Part shown: in pieces, positions 1 to 9,000 of the stretch
Layout: each line of letters starts with the position of its first letter
Position numbering within the stretch: position 1 is the first letter of the stretch
From: Gemmatimonadaceae bacterium
GTDB taxonomy: Bacteria > Gemmatimonadota > Gemmatimonadetes > Gemmatimonadales > Gemmatimonadaceae
Reading direction: 5' to 3'
NCBI GenBank assembly: GCA_035760785.1
Contig: DASTSH010000160.1
Coordinates: 1 to 58,944, forward strand
Length of the DNA: 58,944 bases
Translations under genes and position numbers: made by a program
The notes under the pieces: generated by a model
The model's input: the letters and a program-made list of their open reading frames with translations, nothing else
Told to the model about the DNA's origin: nothing
The model's database searches: none

Positions 1-151
1 CCGCCCCCACCGCCGCCCCGACCACCGCGATCCCCGCCAGTAGCGTGATCCCGAGCGCCAGCAGCACGCCTCCGGCCACGAGCGCGGCCACGCCGAGCGC
101 GGCGGCGGCGGCGCGGTTGCGGACATCGAAGTGTACGACTCGAATGGACAT
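1..151 (-). CDS. membrane protein, N-terminal part only (gene runs off the left edge)
   Basis: ATG at 151-149 is preceded by GAGGAG. It translates MSIRVVHFDVRNRAAAAALGVAALVAGGVLLALGITLLAGIAVVG with a clear hydrophobic helix. It is absent from the ORF track because it is truncated. Confidence 0.4.
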   Translation of the reverse strand, partial: MSIRVVHFDVRNRAAAAALGVAALVAGGVLLALGITLLAGIAVVGAAVGA

Positions 152-250
152 CCTTGCTCCTCGAGCGCCGCGCCACTGGCGCGCGCCCGGCTAACGGTCC
201 TCTCGTGATACCCCGCGCGTCGCGTTCGGTGCGAGCATCCCCGCCCCCTC

Positions 251-649
251 TCAGTCTCCGGGCGGCCCCGCCGGCGCGCGCCCGGGTGCACCGCCATCCG
301 ATGCACTCCGCGGGCCGATGGCGCTCCACCCCCGGGCTCGCGCCCACCGCACCCACACCTCCCGCACCTCCTCGGGGGACACCGGGAACCACGTGGGCCA
401 GTCGCGCGCCTTCACGTCCAGCCGGCTCGCCGCCTCGTGGAGGCTGTTGTTGATGGCGATGCACGCCGTGGAATCATCGGCCGAGTCGTCCACGTCCGGC
501 CACCACCGGAGCACGGCCTCCACTTGGGGGCGGCGCAGCCCGATGCGGCGCGCATAGTCGTCGTCGTCGAGAAACGGTCCGAGAACCAGCGCCCGTACCA
601 CGTGCAGCACGATGGCGCGATCGGTGACGGAGAGATCCTTGAGCGACAT
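251..649 (-). CDS. hypothetical protein
   Basis: ORF track 251..658. The first ATG is at 649 (MSLKDLSVTDRAIVLHVV...). Composition is protein-like. No family recognised. Confidence 0.55.
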   Translation of the reverse strand: MSLKDLSVTDRAIVLHVVRALVLGPFLDDDDYARRIGLRRPQVEAVLRWWPDVDDSADDSTACIAINNSLHEAASRLDVKARDWPTWFPVSPEEVREVWVRWARARGWSAIGPRSASDGGAPGRAPAGPPGD

Positions 650-745
650 GAGAACCAAGCGATGACGTCTCTGAGTGCTCCATGCACGGCGCGCCGCGCG
701 TGACTCCGCGCGGCGCGAGCGTGCCTTCTGCCATGAGCGCGCGGA

Positions 746-1204
746 TCAGCGGTGGGCGTACACGCTCGTGTGTCCGGCGTGGTCCCACGCCACCACGTCG
801 TACGGCTCCGCGCGCCCCCCTTCCATCCCCGGCGAGCCGGTCACCATCCCCGGCACCGCGAGGCCGGCGAGCTTCGGTTGCTCGCGCAGCATCTTCTGGA
901 TCAGGTCGGCGGGCACGTGCCCTTCCACCACGTACCGCCCCACGGTGGCCGTGTGGCACGACTGGAGCGCCTTCGGCACGCCGAACGTCGCCTTCACCTC
1001 GCTCACGTCGTCCATGTCGCGCACCGAGGGGGCGAAGCCGTGCGCGCGCAGGTGCTCCACCCACTTCGCGCAGCAACCGCACGACGGACTCTTGTACACA
1101 GTGATGGGCGTCGGCGCCTCGCCGAACGCCGGCACGCTGCCGGTCGCCACCGCCACCGCCGCGCCGCCGATCGCCACGCGCAGCCATTCCCGTCGGGTCA
1201 CCAT
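746..1204 (-). CDS. DUF411 (CopG-like) periplasmic metal-binding protein
   Basis: ORF track 746..1204. It has a twin-arginine-like N-terminus (TRREWLRVAIGGAAVAVA), a CGCC motif and the core CHTATVGRYVVEGHVPADLI typical of DUF411. Confidence 0.85.
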   Translation of the reverse strand: MVTRREWLRVAIGGAAVAVATGSVPAFGEAPTPITVYKSPSCGCCAKWVEHLRAHGFAPSVRDMDDVSEVKATFGVPKALQSCHTATVGRYVVEGHVPADLIQKMLREQPKLAGLAVPGMVTGSPGMEGGRAEPYDVVAWDHAGHTSVYAHR

Positions 1205-1384
1205 GTGATACGCTTCTCCGCGCTCTGTTGTTGGATGCCGGAAATCTGCGTGCCGCGCAGCGCGACGACAAGCACGCCGTGTGCCGCGGCGGGCCCGGCC
1301 ACGGCCGCCGGCACGCCACTTGTACCGACCATGATGCGTCGCGCGCGCGGTGCGCGCGCGGGAATCACGTCAGGAGGTTGCACC

Positions 1385-1585
1385 ATGCCGTACGAGCACA
1401 TCTCGGATCTCCCGAAGTCGCAGGTGGACCAGTACGACCACCACCAGAAGAAAGCCTTTCTCGAGGCGTTCAACCACGCCTACCAGGAATACGGACACGA
1501 CGAGAGCCGGGCCTTCCGCGTGGCGCACGCCGCGGCGAAGCGCGCCGGCGAGCACGAGAAGGAGGAGCATCACGGGGAGCGATAG
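1385..1585 (+). CDS. ChaB family protein
   Basis: In-frame ATG at 1385 inside ORF 752..1585, with AGGAGG 8 nt upstream. MPYEHISDLPKSQVDQYDHHQKKAFLEAFNHAYQEYGHDESRAFRVAHAAAKRAG is ChaB-like. The rest of the long ORF is antisense junk. Confidence 0.85.
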   Translation: MPYEHISDLPKSQVDQYDHHQKKAFLEAFNHAYQEYGHDESRAFRVAHAAAKRAGEHEKEEHHGER

Positions 1586-2052
1586 AGCCCCGGCCGGGCG
1601 ATCTCCATGTGGCGCCCGGGCTCGGCCACCACGCTGAAGCCGAACTTCTCGTACAGCCCGTGCGCATCGCGCGTCACGAGCGAGAAGCGCCTCAGCCCCT
1701 GGAGCGCCGGGTGCCCCATGATCGTCTCCACGAGCACCTTCGCGAGCCCCCGTCCCCGGTGCGCATCCAGCACGTACACGTCGGCCAGGTACGCGAAGGT
1801 GGCGCGGTCGGTGATCACGCGCGCGAACCCCACCTGCCGCTCCCCCTGGTAGACGCCGAAGCAGAGCGAGTGCTCGATCGAGCGGCGCACGGTCTCGAGC
1901 GGGATCCCCTCCGCCCAGTACGACGCGGCGAGGAAGGCGTGCACCGCCGTCGCATCGACGCGCGCCGGATCGCTCGATATCAGGTACTCGCCGTGCCGCC
2001 GCTCGACCACGGTGTCGCCGGCGCTCCCCGCCCCCGTCCCCGCGCCGCTCAC
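1570..2052 (-). CDS. GNAT family N-acetyltransferase
   Basis: C-terminal 160 aa of ORF 1570..3000. GTG at 2052 follows GAGGAAGAG. It has the acetyl-CoA loop HRGRGLAKVLVE. The 3' end overlaps chaB convergently by 16 nt. Confidence 0.85.
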   Translation of the reverse strand: MSGAGTGAGSAGDTVVERRHGEYLISSDPARVDATAVHAFLAASYWAEGIPLETVRRSIEHSLCFGVYQGERQVGFARVITDRATFAYLADVYVLDAHRGRGLAKVLVETIMGHPALQGLRRFSLVTRDAHGLYEKFGFSVVAEPGRHMEIARPGLYRSP

Positions 2053-2648
2053 GATCTCTTCCTCTGGGCGGAGCCGCGCCGGCGCCGCCGCTCGCGACGC
2101 GTGGCCGCCCCGGGCGCGCCGGCCGCGCCGCGCGCCGGATGCAGCTCCGACGCGAGCGCCGCGCGGAGCAGCGCCTCGAGGCGCGGCGTCTCCCCACGCG
2201 CGAGCTGGAGCCCGAGCAGCGCAAGCACCACCCCGCCGAGCGCCATCAGCCCCGCCGGCGCCACGAGCGCGAGCACCCGCGCCGGGGCGTGCGTGCCCGC
2301 CGCCCAGACCCGCCCCAGCGCGATCGAGCCGAGCGTGACGCACCAGAGCGCGACCGCCAGCTCCGCCAGCGCCGAGGGGCGGATGCGCGCGCGCACGCGC
2401 GTGCCGTGCGTCGCGGCGAGAGGGAGCAGCTCGCCGTGGCACTGCGCGCCGAACGGGTTCCGGTACGAGGTGTTCAGCCGCACCGTGAACGCGTGCGCAC
2501 CCACCCGCCCCACCAGCGGGCGCGCCCCCGCGCCGTCGCCGCGCGATGGCGTGCGCAGCAGCCGCGCCGGCTCGGTGATCGAGCGCAGCCGCTCGGCCAC
2601 CGCCTCCGGCGGCGCGGAAAGGTCCAGTTCGATGCGCGCGTCGCTCAC
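2049..2648 (-). CDS. hypothetical membrane protein (soluble N-domain plus 2 TM helices)
   Basis: Frame of ORF 2049..3269. GTG at 2648 follows GGAGG. Its stop overlaps the GNAT start (GTGA). TM segments are LAVALWCVTLGSIALG and LALVAPAGLMALGGVVLALLGL. Confidence 0.6.
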   Translation of the reverse strand: MSDARIELDLSAPPEAVAERLRSITEPARLLRTPSRGDGAGARPLVGRVGAHAFTVRLNTSYRNPFGAQCHGELLPLAATHGTRVRARIRPSALAELAVALWCVTLGSIALGRVWAAGTHAPARVLALVAPAGLMALGGVVLALLGLQLARGETPRLEALLRAALASELHPARGAAGAPGAATRRERRRRRGSAQRKRS

Positions 2649-2844
2649 CCGTGTCCTCCGTTCGGCGTTTCGTGATGTGGGAGATGCGCGGCGGCTCGGC
2701 GGAGCCGGCGCGCATCGCAAGATGACCGGCGCGACCACCGCGCGCCACGGCGCGCTCGGCACGGCGCTCGGCACGCGCTGAAACAAAGCACGGTCCGCCG
2801 CCGTGAGGAGAGAGCCCTCGCCACCCGTCTCGGGGAGAGCTCGG

Positions 2845-3597
2845 ATGGAAGTCATCACGCGCGCCCCGCGCGCGGTTCCCGCGGAGCGGCCGGCCGTCTC
2901 CGCCGCCGGTTCCCACGCGCCCTTCCTCGCGCTGATCGCGTATCTCGCGGTCGTGAAGCTCGCGCTCGAGCACCTGCTCCCGGCGAGCTTCGGCGCGCAC
3001 GCGCTCGCCGCGGTGTTCACCTGGCCCGTGATCGGCGTGGTGACGGCGGCCGGGCTGGTGGGGATCTCGCTCGCCGCGCGCACCGGCTTCCCCGGCGTGT
3101 GGGACCCCGCGGTGCCGCTGCGCGAGCGACTCGCGCTCCCCGCGAGCCTCGGCTTCGCCCTCGGCGCCGTGGCGGTGTTCGTGGATTCGTTCACCGGATC
3201 CGCGGCGGCCGCGTCATCCGCGCTGGGGATCCCATCCGTCCACGTCCCCTTTCCCGCCGGAGCGCTCATCTATCCGGGCGTCGCGATCGCGGCCGGCGTG
3301 CTGTTCCATCTGCTCCCTCTCCCGCTCCTGCTGTGGGGCGCGTCCCGGGCGGGGATCGACATCTGGCGGCGCGAGACGGCGTTCGTCATCGCCGCCGTGC
3401 TGGTGGCATCGGTGGAGCCGCTGGCGATGGACCTGCGGATGCGCGCCGCGCCGGGAGCGATGGCGGCGCTGATCGCCGAGGACTTCGTGCTCGGCCTCTC
3501 GCAGCTCTGGGTGTTCCGGCGGGCGGGGTTCGGCGCGTCGGTGGTGCTGCGGGTGGTGTTCTACGCCGTGTGGCACGTGGCCTGGCCGCTGCTCTGA
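2845..3597 (+). CDS. polytopic membrane protein, family not recognised
   Basis: ORF track 2803..3597, with an ATG at 2845. There are about 7 hydrophobic helices. The antisense ORFs over it are Arg/Gly-rich junk. Confidence 0.65.
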   Translation: MEVITRAPRAVPAERPAVSAAGSHAPFLALIAYLAVVKLALEHLLPASFGAHALAAVFTWPVIGVVTAAGLVGISLAARTGFPGVWDPAVPLRERLALPASLGFALGAVAVFVDSFTGSAAAASSALGIPSVHVPFPAGALIYPGVAIAAGVLFHLLPLPLLLWGASRAGIDIWRRETAFVIAAVLVASVEPLAMDLRMRAAPGAMAALIAEDFVLGLSQLWVFRRAGFGASVVLRVVFYAVWHVAWPLL

Positions 3598-3635
3598 GCG
3601 CGCGAGCGCGCCGCGGTCGGCCCGACTGGCCGCGG

Positions 3636-3854
3636 CTACTCGTCCGCGCGCATCGCGCGCACCGCGCCGCGCACCAGCCACACGCCCACCGCGATCGCCA
3701 CGACGGCGCCGGCGATCACCACCACGCACTGATGGCATCCGGCGCGGACGCCCGCGGCATCGCGGATCCCGAGCGCGACCGCGCCCACGATGAGCACGAG
3801 CCCGATCGCTCCGCCGAACACCGCGAGCGCATGGGCGAGCGCCGCGTCTCTCAC
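3636..3854 (-). CDS. small 2-TM membrane protein
   Basis: C-terminal 72 aa of ORF 3636..4337. GTG at 3854 overlaps the stop of the upstream gene (GTGA). Sequence: VRDAALAHALAVFGGAIGLVLIVGAVALG...VVVIAGAVVAIAVGVWLV. Confidence 0.5.
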   Translation of the reverse strand: MRDAALAHALAVFGGAIGLVLIVGAVALGIRDAAGVRAGCHQCVVVIAGAVVAIAVGVWLVRGAVRAMRADE

Positions 3855-4351
3855 GGCGCCGCTCCCTCGGCGGCGCCAGGGAGCGGTCCGGCGTCGCCGG
3901 GGCCGCAACTGTACGCGACCCCCTCGAGCGCGCCGGCGCCCTGCACCTCCCACGAGTCCAGGCGCGGGTGCGCGGGAGCGACGATCGTGGTGGCGGCGCC
4001 GAAGTCGAGGGTGAGGTCGCCGCCGCGCGCCACCGTCACCGCGCGCAGCGGGCGTCCGAGCAGCGAGAGCAGCGGCGCGAGCGCCGGCGCATCGGAGGGG
4101 TCGAGCGTGCGCACGCTCCCCTCGCCCACGCGGAGGGTGAACGGCGCGCCGAGGCGGATCTCGAGCGATCCGTCGAGCGACCAGCTCTGGAGGCGCACGG
4201 TGGTGGTCTCCACCACGAGCTGCGTGACGCGGTGATCGAGGAGCACCCAGTGGTGCTCGTCGGACGATTGGATGAGCGACGCCTGCACGACGGAAGCGGC
4301 TGGAGGACGAGTCGGCGATCGGCGGCTCCCGGCGCACGGGAGCGGACGCAT
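3851..4351 (-). CDS. hypothetical protein, DUF6188-like (tentative)
   Basis: ORF track 3851..4351. The core HHWVLLDHRVTQLVVETTTVRLQSWSLDGSLEIRLGAPFTLRV...DLTLDFGAATTIVAPAHPRLDSWEVQG resembles DUF6188 from memory. An alternative GTG start lies at 4288. Confidence 0.6.
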   Translation of the reverse strand: MRPLPCAGSRRSPTRPPAASVVQASLIQSSDEHHWVLLDHRVTQLVVETTTVRLQSWSLDGSLEIRLGAPFTLRVGEGSVRTLDPSDAPALAPLLSLLGRPLRAVTVARGGDLTLDFGAATTIVAPAHPRLDSWEVQGAGALEGVAYSCGPGDAGPLPGAAEGAAP

Positions 4352-4382
4352 CCGGGCCCGTGCGTGTCGATCGCCGCCGCGC

Positions 4383-4544
4383 TCAGGGAAGATACTCGCT
4401 CATCCAGCGGCGCGCGGCGTACAGCCCGACCCCCGAGCCTATGCCGCTCAGGATGACCGCGGTCATGATTCCCACCTTCGCGCCGACCCACCACCCGAGC
4501 GCGCCGCCCACGGTGGTACCGATGAAGCCGATGAGTCCCCGCAC
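4383..4544 (-). CDS. small glycine-zipper membrane protein
   Basis: C-terminal 53 aa of ORF 4383..4661. GTG at 4544 follows GGAG. Sequence: VRGLIGFIGTTVGGALGWWVGAKVGIMTAVILSGIGSGVGLYAARRW. Confidence 0.45.
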   Translation of the reverse strand: MRGLIGFIGTTVGGALGWWVGAKVGIMTAVILSGIGSGVGLYAARRWMSEYLP

Positions 4545-4708
4545 CTCAGCGGCTCCGCCGCTGGCGTCGCGGCACGAGGAGTGTGCGGGGGCTCGGTGTG
4601 GGGAGGTGCCGGTGCATGCTCGCTCCGTTGGAGTACCGGCGCGCGCGATGCGGCGCGCCACCCCGCACGATGCCGAGGTGGCCCGCTACTGTCCAGGTTG
4701 GCGAGCGT

Positions 4709-4981
4709 CTATCGTCGCTTCGGCGGGCGTCCGGTGCGGCGCAGTTGCTTGAGCCACGAGCGCGCCGCGGTGAGCGCCTTGCGTTGTCCGCCGTAGCGGG
4801 CATCGCCGAAGAACGCCGTGAACTTCGGGCGCCAGCCGCGCTCGGTCTGCTGGTAGTTGACGCGCACGACGTAACCATGCGTGCGTGTGCTCGGCTGGTC
4901 GACGCGAGTGATCCCCGGTTCGGAGAGGGGATTCGGAGAGCGCCGCTTCACGGTGCGGGAGCGAGTACGGGTGACGGGCAT
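4709..4981 (-). CDS. AP2/ERF-like DNA-binding domain protein
   Basis: ORF track 4709..4981. PGITRVDQPSTRTHGYVVRVNYQ...FTAFFGDARYGGQRKALTAARSWL matches the bacterial AP2-domain pattern (GI.R...HG..VR....F.D..yGG..kAL..A). It is very basic. Confidence 0.65.
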   Translation of the reverse strand: MPVTRTRSRTVKRRSPNPLSEPGITRVDQPSTRTHGYVVRVNYQQTERGWRPKFTAFFGDARYGGQRKALTAARSWLKQLRRTGRPPKRR

Positions 4982-5310
4982 TGTCGGCGTGGGGTCAATG
5001 AGGATTAGAATATGCCAACCGAGCGGCCCGCCCGCCAGAACCGCGACGCTATGGCGTGAGTGGCGCCACGACGGCGCGGGGACAACGGCAACGTTCCGGG
5101 CGCTAGGCAGTATCCACTGGGGTATTCACTAGCAATGACGGCCCGCTCCTGCAAGGGGAGGATCGCTCAAATTGTCGTAATTTTTTCCCCCGACGCCCAT
5201 CACGCGGCACAATGCGGGGGGATCGCCTCCCGACGCAAGCGTGACATCCCTGACTAGGGGCCCACTGGAAGAGACCGCTTGACAACGACTTCCCCCACAC
5301 CCGGGGGTTC

Positions 5311-5339
5311 TTGTGCGGTTGACGGATCGCGCTTATGTT
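5311..5339 (+). promoter_or_regulatory. candidate sigma70-type promoter for the csp-rpsU leader (TTGTGC-N17-TATGTT)
   Basis: Read directly from the sequence. Its position relative to the downstream hairpin mirrors the stronger promoter at 12780..12807. Confidence 0.3.
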
Positions 5340-5392
5340 CGTGATGCGACGCACGCGTCGATAACGACGTGGCTTGTTCCGAGTAGGTACGG

Positions 5393-5422
5393 GGGCCTGG
5401 TATCGCAGGTCCCGTTTTTTTT
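5393..5422 (+). terminator. intrinsic-terminator-like hairpin plus T8 tract inside the csp leader
   Basis: GGGCCTG-GTATCG-CAGG(T)CCC is followed by G and 8 consecutive T (5415-5422). A T8 run is very unusual in this GC-rich DNA. No upstream plus-strand gene is present for it to terminate. Confidence 0.55.
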
Positions 5423-5564
5423 CTCCCGATTTCGCGTCGCGTTCCGAGGCACGTTGCCCCGGCGGGAGCGGAGCCCATCGTGAGGGCGAGTGATCACGAG
5501 CCAATCCGTGGTCGGTCCGTACGGCATACCCGCACTCCGACGACACGAAACAGAGGGTTCGAGC

Positions 5565-5777
5565 ATGCGTACGACCGGGACCGTGAAGTGGTTCAATGAC
5601 GCGAAGGGCTTCGGCTTCATCACGCCGGAGAACGGCCAGAAGGACTGCTTCGTCCACCATTCCGCCATTCAGGGGAGCGGCTTCAAGTCGCTCGCCGAGG
5701 GTGAGCGAGTGGAGTTCGACATCGTGCAGGGCACCAAGGGGCCGGCAGCCGAGAACGTGAAGAAGCTCGGACGCTGA
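5565..5777 (+). CDS. cspA: cold-shock protein (CspA family)
   Basis: ATG at 5565 inside ORF 5490..5777. [32 protein letters not shown] carries the RNP1/RNP2 motifs. Confidence 0.95.
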   Translation: MRTTGTVKWFNDAKGFGFITPENGQKDCFVHHSAIQGSGFKSLAEGERVEFDIVQGTKGPAAENVKKLGR

Positions 5778-5780
5778 CCC

Positions 5781-5972
5781 ATGATCGAAGTCCGGCTCGG
5801 CGACGACGACCGTCTGGATTGGGCGCTCAAGCAGTTCAAGCGCAAGGTGCAGAAGGCGGGGATCCTGAACGACCTCCGCAAGCGGCGGCACTACACGAAG
5901 CCGAGTGAGGCGCGGCAGCTCAAGGAAGCGAACGCCCGCCGGCGGCAGCGGCAGGCCGCTCGAAGGAGCTGA
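5781..5972 (+). CDS. rpsU: 30S ribosomal protein S21 (copy 1)
   Basis: ORF track 5781..5972, starting 3 nt after the csp stop. MIEVRLGDDDRLDWALKQFKRKVQKAGILNDLRKRRHYTKPSE is canonical bS21. Confidence 0.95.
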   Translation: MIEVRLGDDDRLDWALKQFKRKVQKAGILNDLRKRRHYTKPSEARQLKEANARRRQRQAARRS

Positions 5973-5992
5973 TCCGAAAGACCTGATCGATG

Positions 5993-6030
5993 CGACGGGG
6001 GGCGTGACCTAGCGGTCACGCCCCCCGTCG
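5993..6030. terminator. 17-bp perfect GC-rich hairpin between convergent rpsU and the BNR gene
   Basis: CGACGGGGGGCGTGACC-tagc-GGTCACGCCCCCCGTCG. There is no strong T tract on either side. Confidence 0.55.
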
Positions 6031-6074
6031 AACGTTCGGGGGCGGCGGTCGCCCCCGACCTCATCGCCCGCGAC

Positions 6075-9000
6075 TCACCGCCCCACCACGGGCACCGCGC
6101 GCTCGGCCACCGCGCGATTGAGCGCGGGGAGGTCGCGCTCCATCACCGTGCGCAGCGCCGCGAGCGCGTCGGCGAGCCGCCGTTTCAGCGCGTCGTTCAC
6201 CTCCACCTCCGCCGCCGTGGGTGGGAAGTCCGGATTCCCCGCCACGTCCCCCGCGCCGCTCCCCACCATCCCCTCCAGGAAGAGCAGCTTCACGTAGAGC
6301 TGCATCGGCGCGCGGTAGGTCTTGGGATCATCCTCCTGCAGCACGCGCTGGAGGAGCTGATCCTCCACCGCGCTCAGCTTGCCGTCCACCGACTTCGCCT
6401 GCGCGAGGAGCGGCTTCATCGTCGAGTCCTTCCCGTACATGTCGCGGAGGTCCTCGAGCTGCTTGCGCACGCGCTCGATGTGGTTGATCGCCGCGACGGT
6501 GGTGTCGATCTCGTCGTGCACCTCGAGCGCGAAGCGCGCCGCCGCCTGCACGTCGTCGTCGCTCCCCGCGGAGCGCGGATCACGGAGCACGGTGAGCTGG
6601 CGCGTGTAGTGCGTGCCGCGCACGGCGATGTCCACGGTGTACGTCCCCGGCGCCGCGAGCGGGCCGAGCTTCGGCTCCTCGATTCCGTAGTGCACCACCG
6701 GGCGCGTGCGCTTCCCCACGAAGCGCTTCTCCTCCCAGATGTGCGTCTGTCCCGGCGGCGTGGTGCGCAGCTCCACCTCCTTCGTCTTCTCCCACCGGAG
6801 GTCCCACGCCACGCGATCGATCCCGCTGCGCTCCGGCCCCTTCAGCTTGCGCACCGTGCGCCCCTGCGCGTCGCGGATGACGATCTCCACCGAGTCGCGC
6901 GATGCGCGGCTCGAGTCCGCGCTCCCTCCGCTGCCCGCGCCCCCCGCGCGCGGCGCGGAGCCACCGCGCGCCGCGGTGTCGCGCGGCGCGGCGGTGGTGG
7001 TGTCCCGGCCGTGCCGCACGTAGTACGTGATGATCGCGCCGTACGGCGGGTTGCGCCCGGCCGACTGGTCGTTGGGATCGGTCTTCATCCGGTTCACCTG
7101 GATGAACCGGTACGCCGGCCGCGGCGCGAACAGGTGCGCCTCCTCCTTCGCCAGGCGGTCGAGCTCGCGCACCGGCGCGAGGTCGTCGAGGATCCACACG
7201 CCGCGTCCGGAGGTGGCGACCACGAGATCGTCGAACCGCTCCTGGATCGCGAGCCACGACACCGGCGCGTGCGGCAGGTTGGTCTGGAGCGCCTGCCAGT
7301 GCCCGCCGTCATCGTACGACACGTACAGCCCGTTCTCCGTGCCGGCGTAGAGCATCCCGCGCCGCTTCGGGTCCTCTCGCACCACGTGCACGTAGCTGAA
7401 CGGCGAGCGCGGGATCCCGTCGGTGATGCGGTGCCACGTGTGCCCGTAGTCGCTGGTGCGATAGATGTACGGATCGCGGTCGTTCACCTGGTGGAAGTCC
7501 ACCGAGATGTACGCCGTCCCCGCGTCCCAGCGCGACGGCTCGACGTTCGAGATCGTCCCCCACTTCGGGAGCAGCTTCGCGGGGGGCGTCACGTTCGTCC
7601 AGTGCGCGCCGTCGTCGCGCGTGACGTGCACGAGGCCATCGTTGCTCCCCGCCCAGATCACGCCCTTCGCGGCCGGCGACTCGGCGATCGCGAACAGCGT
7701 GCTGAAGTACTCCACCCCCAGGTTGTCCGGCGTGAGCCCGCCCGAGGGGCCGAGCTTGGTGGTGTCGTTGGTGGTGAGGTCCGGGCTGATCACCTCCCAG
7801 TGCGCCCCGCCGTCGCGCGTGCGGTGCACGTACTGGCTCCCCACGTACACCGTGTTGTGATCGTGCGGGGAGAGGGCGAGCGGCATCGTCCAGTTCCAGC
7901 GGTACTTGATGCTGTCCGCCGGCGCGTCGAGCGACTTGTCCGGCCAGGGATCCACCGAGTGCTCGTGCCCCGTGCGCAGGTCGAAGCGCGCCACCCCACC
8001 CGCGTAGCACGACCCCCACACCACGTTCGTGTCCACCGGATCGGGGACGGAGAAGCCCGTCTCGCACCCCGCCGTCGTTTGCCAGAGCGTGGACGGGATC
8101 GACCGCCCCTGGAGCGAGTTGCTCGGCCCGCGGACGGAGTAGTAGTCCTGCTCGTTCCCGTACACCCAGTACGGCACGCGGTCGTCCACCGCCACGTGAT
8201 ACATCTGCGCGATCGGGAGGATCACGTCGCGCCAGCCGCGGCCGTGGTTGGTGGTGATCATCAACCCGCCGTCGAAGCCGATCATCATCCGGTCGGGGTT
8301 CGTGGGATCGGCCCACATGTCGTGGTTGTCGCCCCCCCAGCGCAGCGGCTCGGTGGTCTCCCCGCCGTCGCGCGTGACCATCATCGTGTTCGATGGGAAG
8401 TACACCTCGTTCTCGTTCGACGGCGACACGAGCATGCGCGTGTAGTAGTGCGGGCGCTCGGCGAGCATGTGGCTGTAGCTCACCGTCTTCCACAGCGCCC
8501 CGCCGTCATCGGAGCGCCAGAGCGAGCCTTTCCCACCCGTCTCCATGAGCACGTACATGCGATCGGGATCGTTCGGCGCGATCGCGACGGCCACCTTCCC
8601 CACCGGCGTGGTGGGGAGCCCGTGTCCCACGATGCGCTTCCACGTGGTCCCACCGTCGCGTGAGAGCCAGACGCCGCTCCCCTTCCCGCCGCTGTACTTC
8701 CCCCACGTGTGGATCTCGAACTGCCACGTTCCGGCGAGCAGCACGTGCGCGCTCGAGGCGTCCATGGAGAGGTCGGAGCAGCCGGTGGAGTCGTTCACGA
8801 ACAGCACGCGCTCCCAGTGCTCGCCGCCGTCGGTGGTGCGGTACACGCCGCGCTCCGGCTGCGGGCCGTAGGCGTGCCCGAGCGCGCAGGCGAACACCGT
8901 GTTCGGATCGTGCGGGTCGACGATCACGCGCGCGATGCGCCCCGTCTTCTCGAGCCCCATGTGCTTCCACGTGCGGCCGCCGTCGAGCGAGCGGTAGACG

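Noticed and set aside
1228-2781. Long plus-strand or alternative-frame ORFs (for example 1228..2781, 6480..8663, 9846..11183, 15712..17397, 18743..20737, 24091..26181, 45892..46953).
   Set aside because: All are Arg/Pro/Ala/Gly/His-rich translations antisense to, or out of frame with, genes that carry recognisable domains. Such spurious open frames are typical of ~70% GC DNA.
4982-5012. A far-upstream plus-strand promoter (TTGTCG-N18/19-TAGAAT) for csp.
   Set aside because: The spacer length is off. It would imply a leader of about 550 nt. The better-placed TTGTGC-N17-TATGTT at 5311-5339 parallels the rpsU2 promoter geometry.
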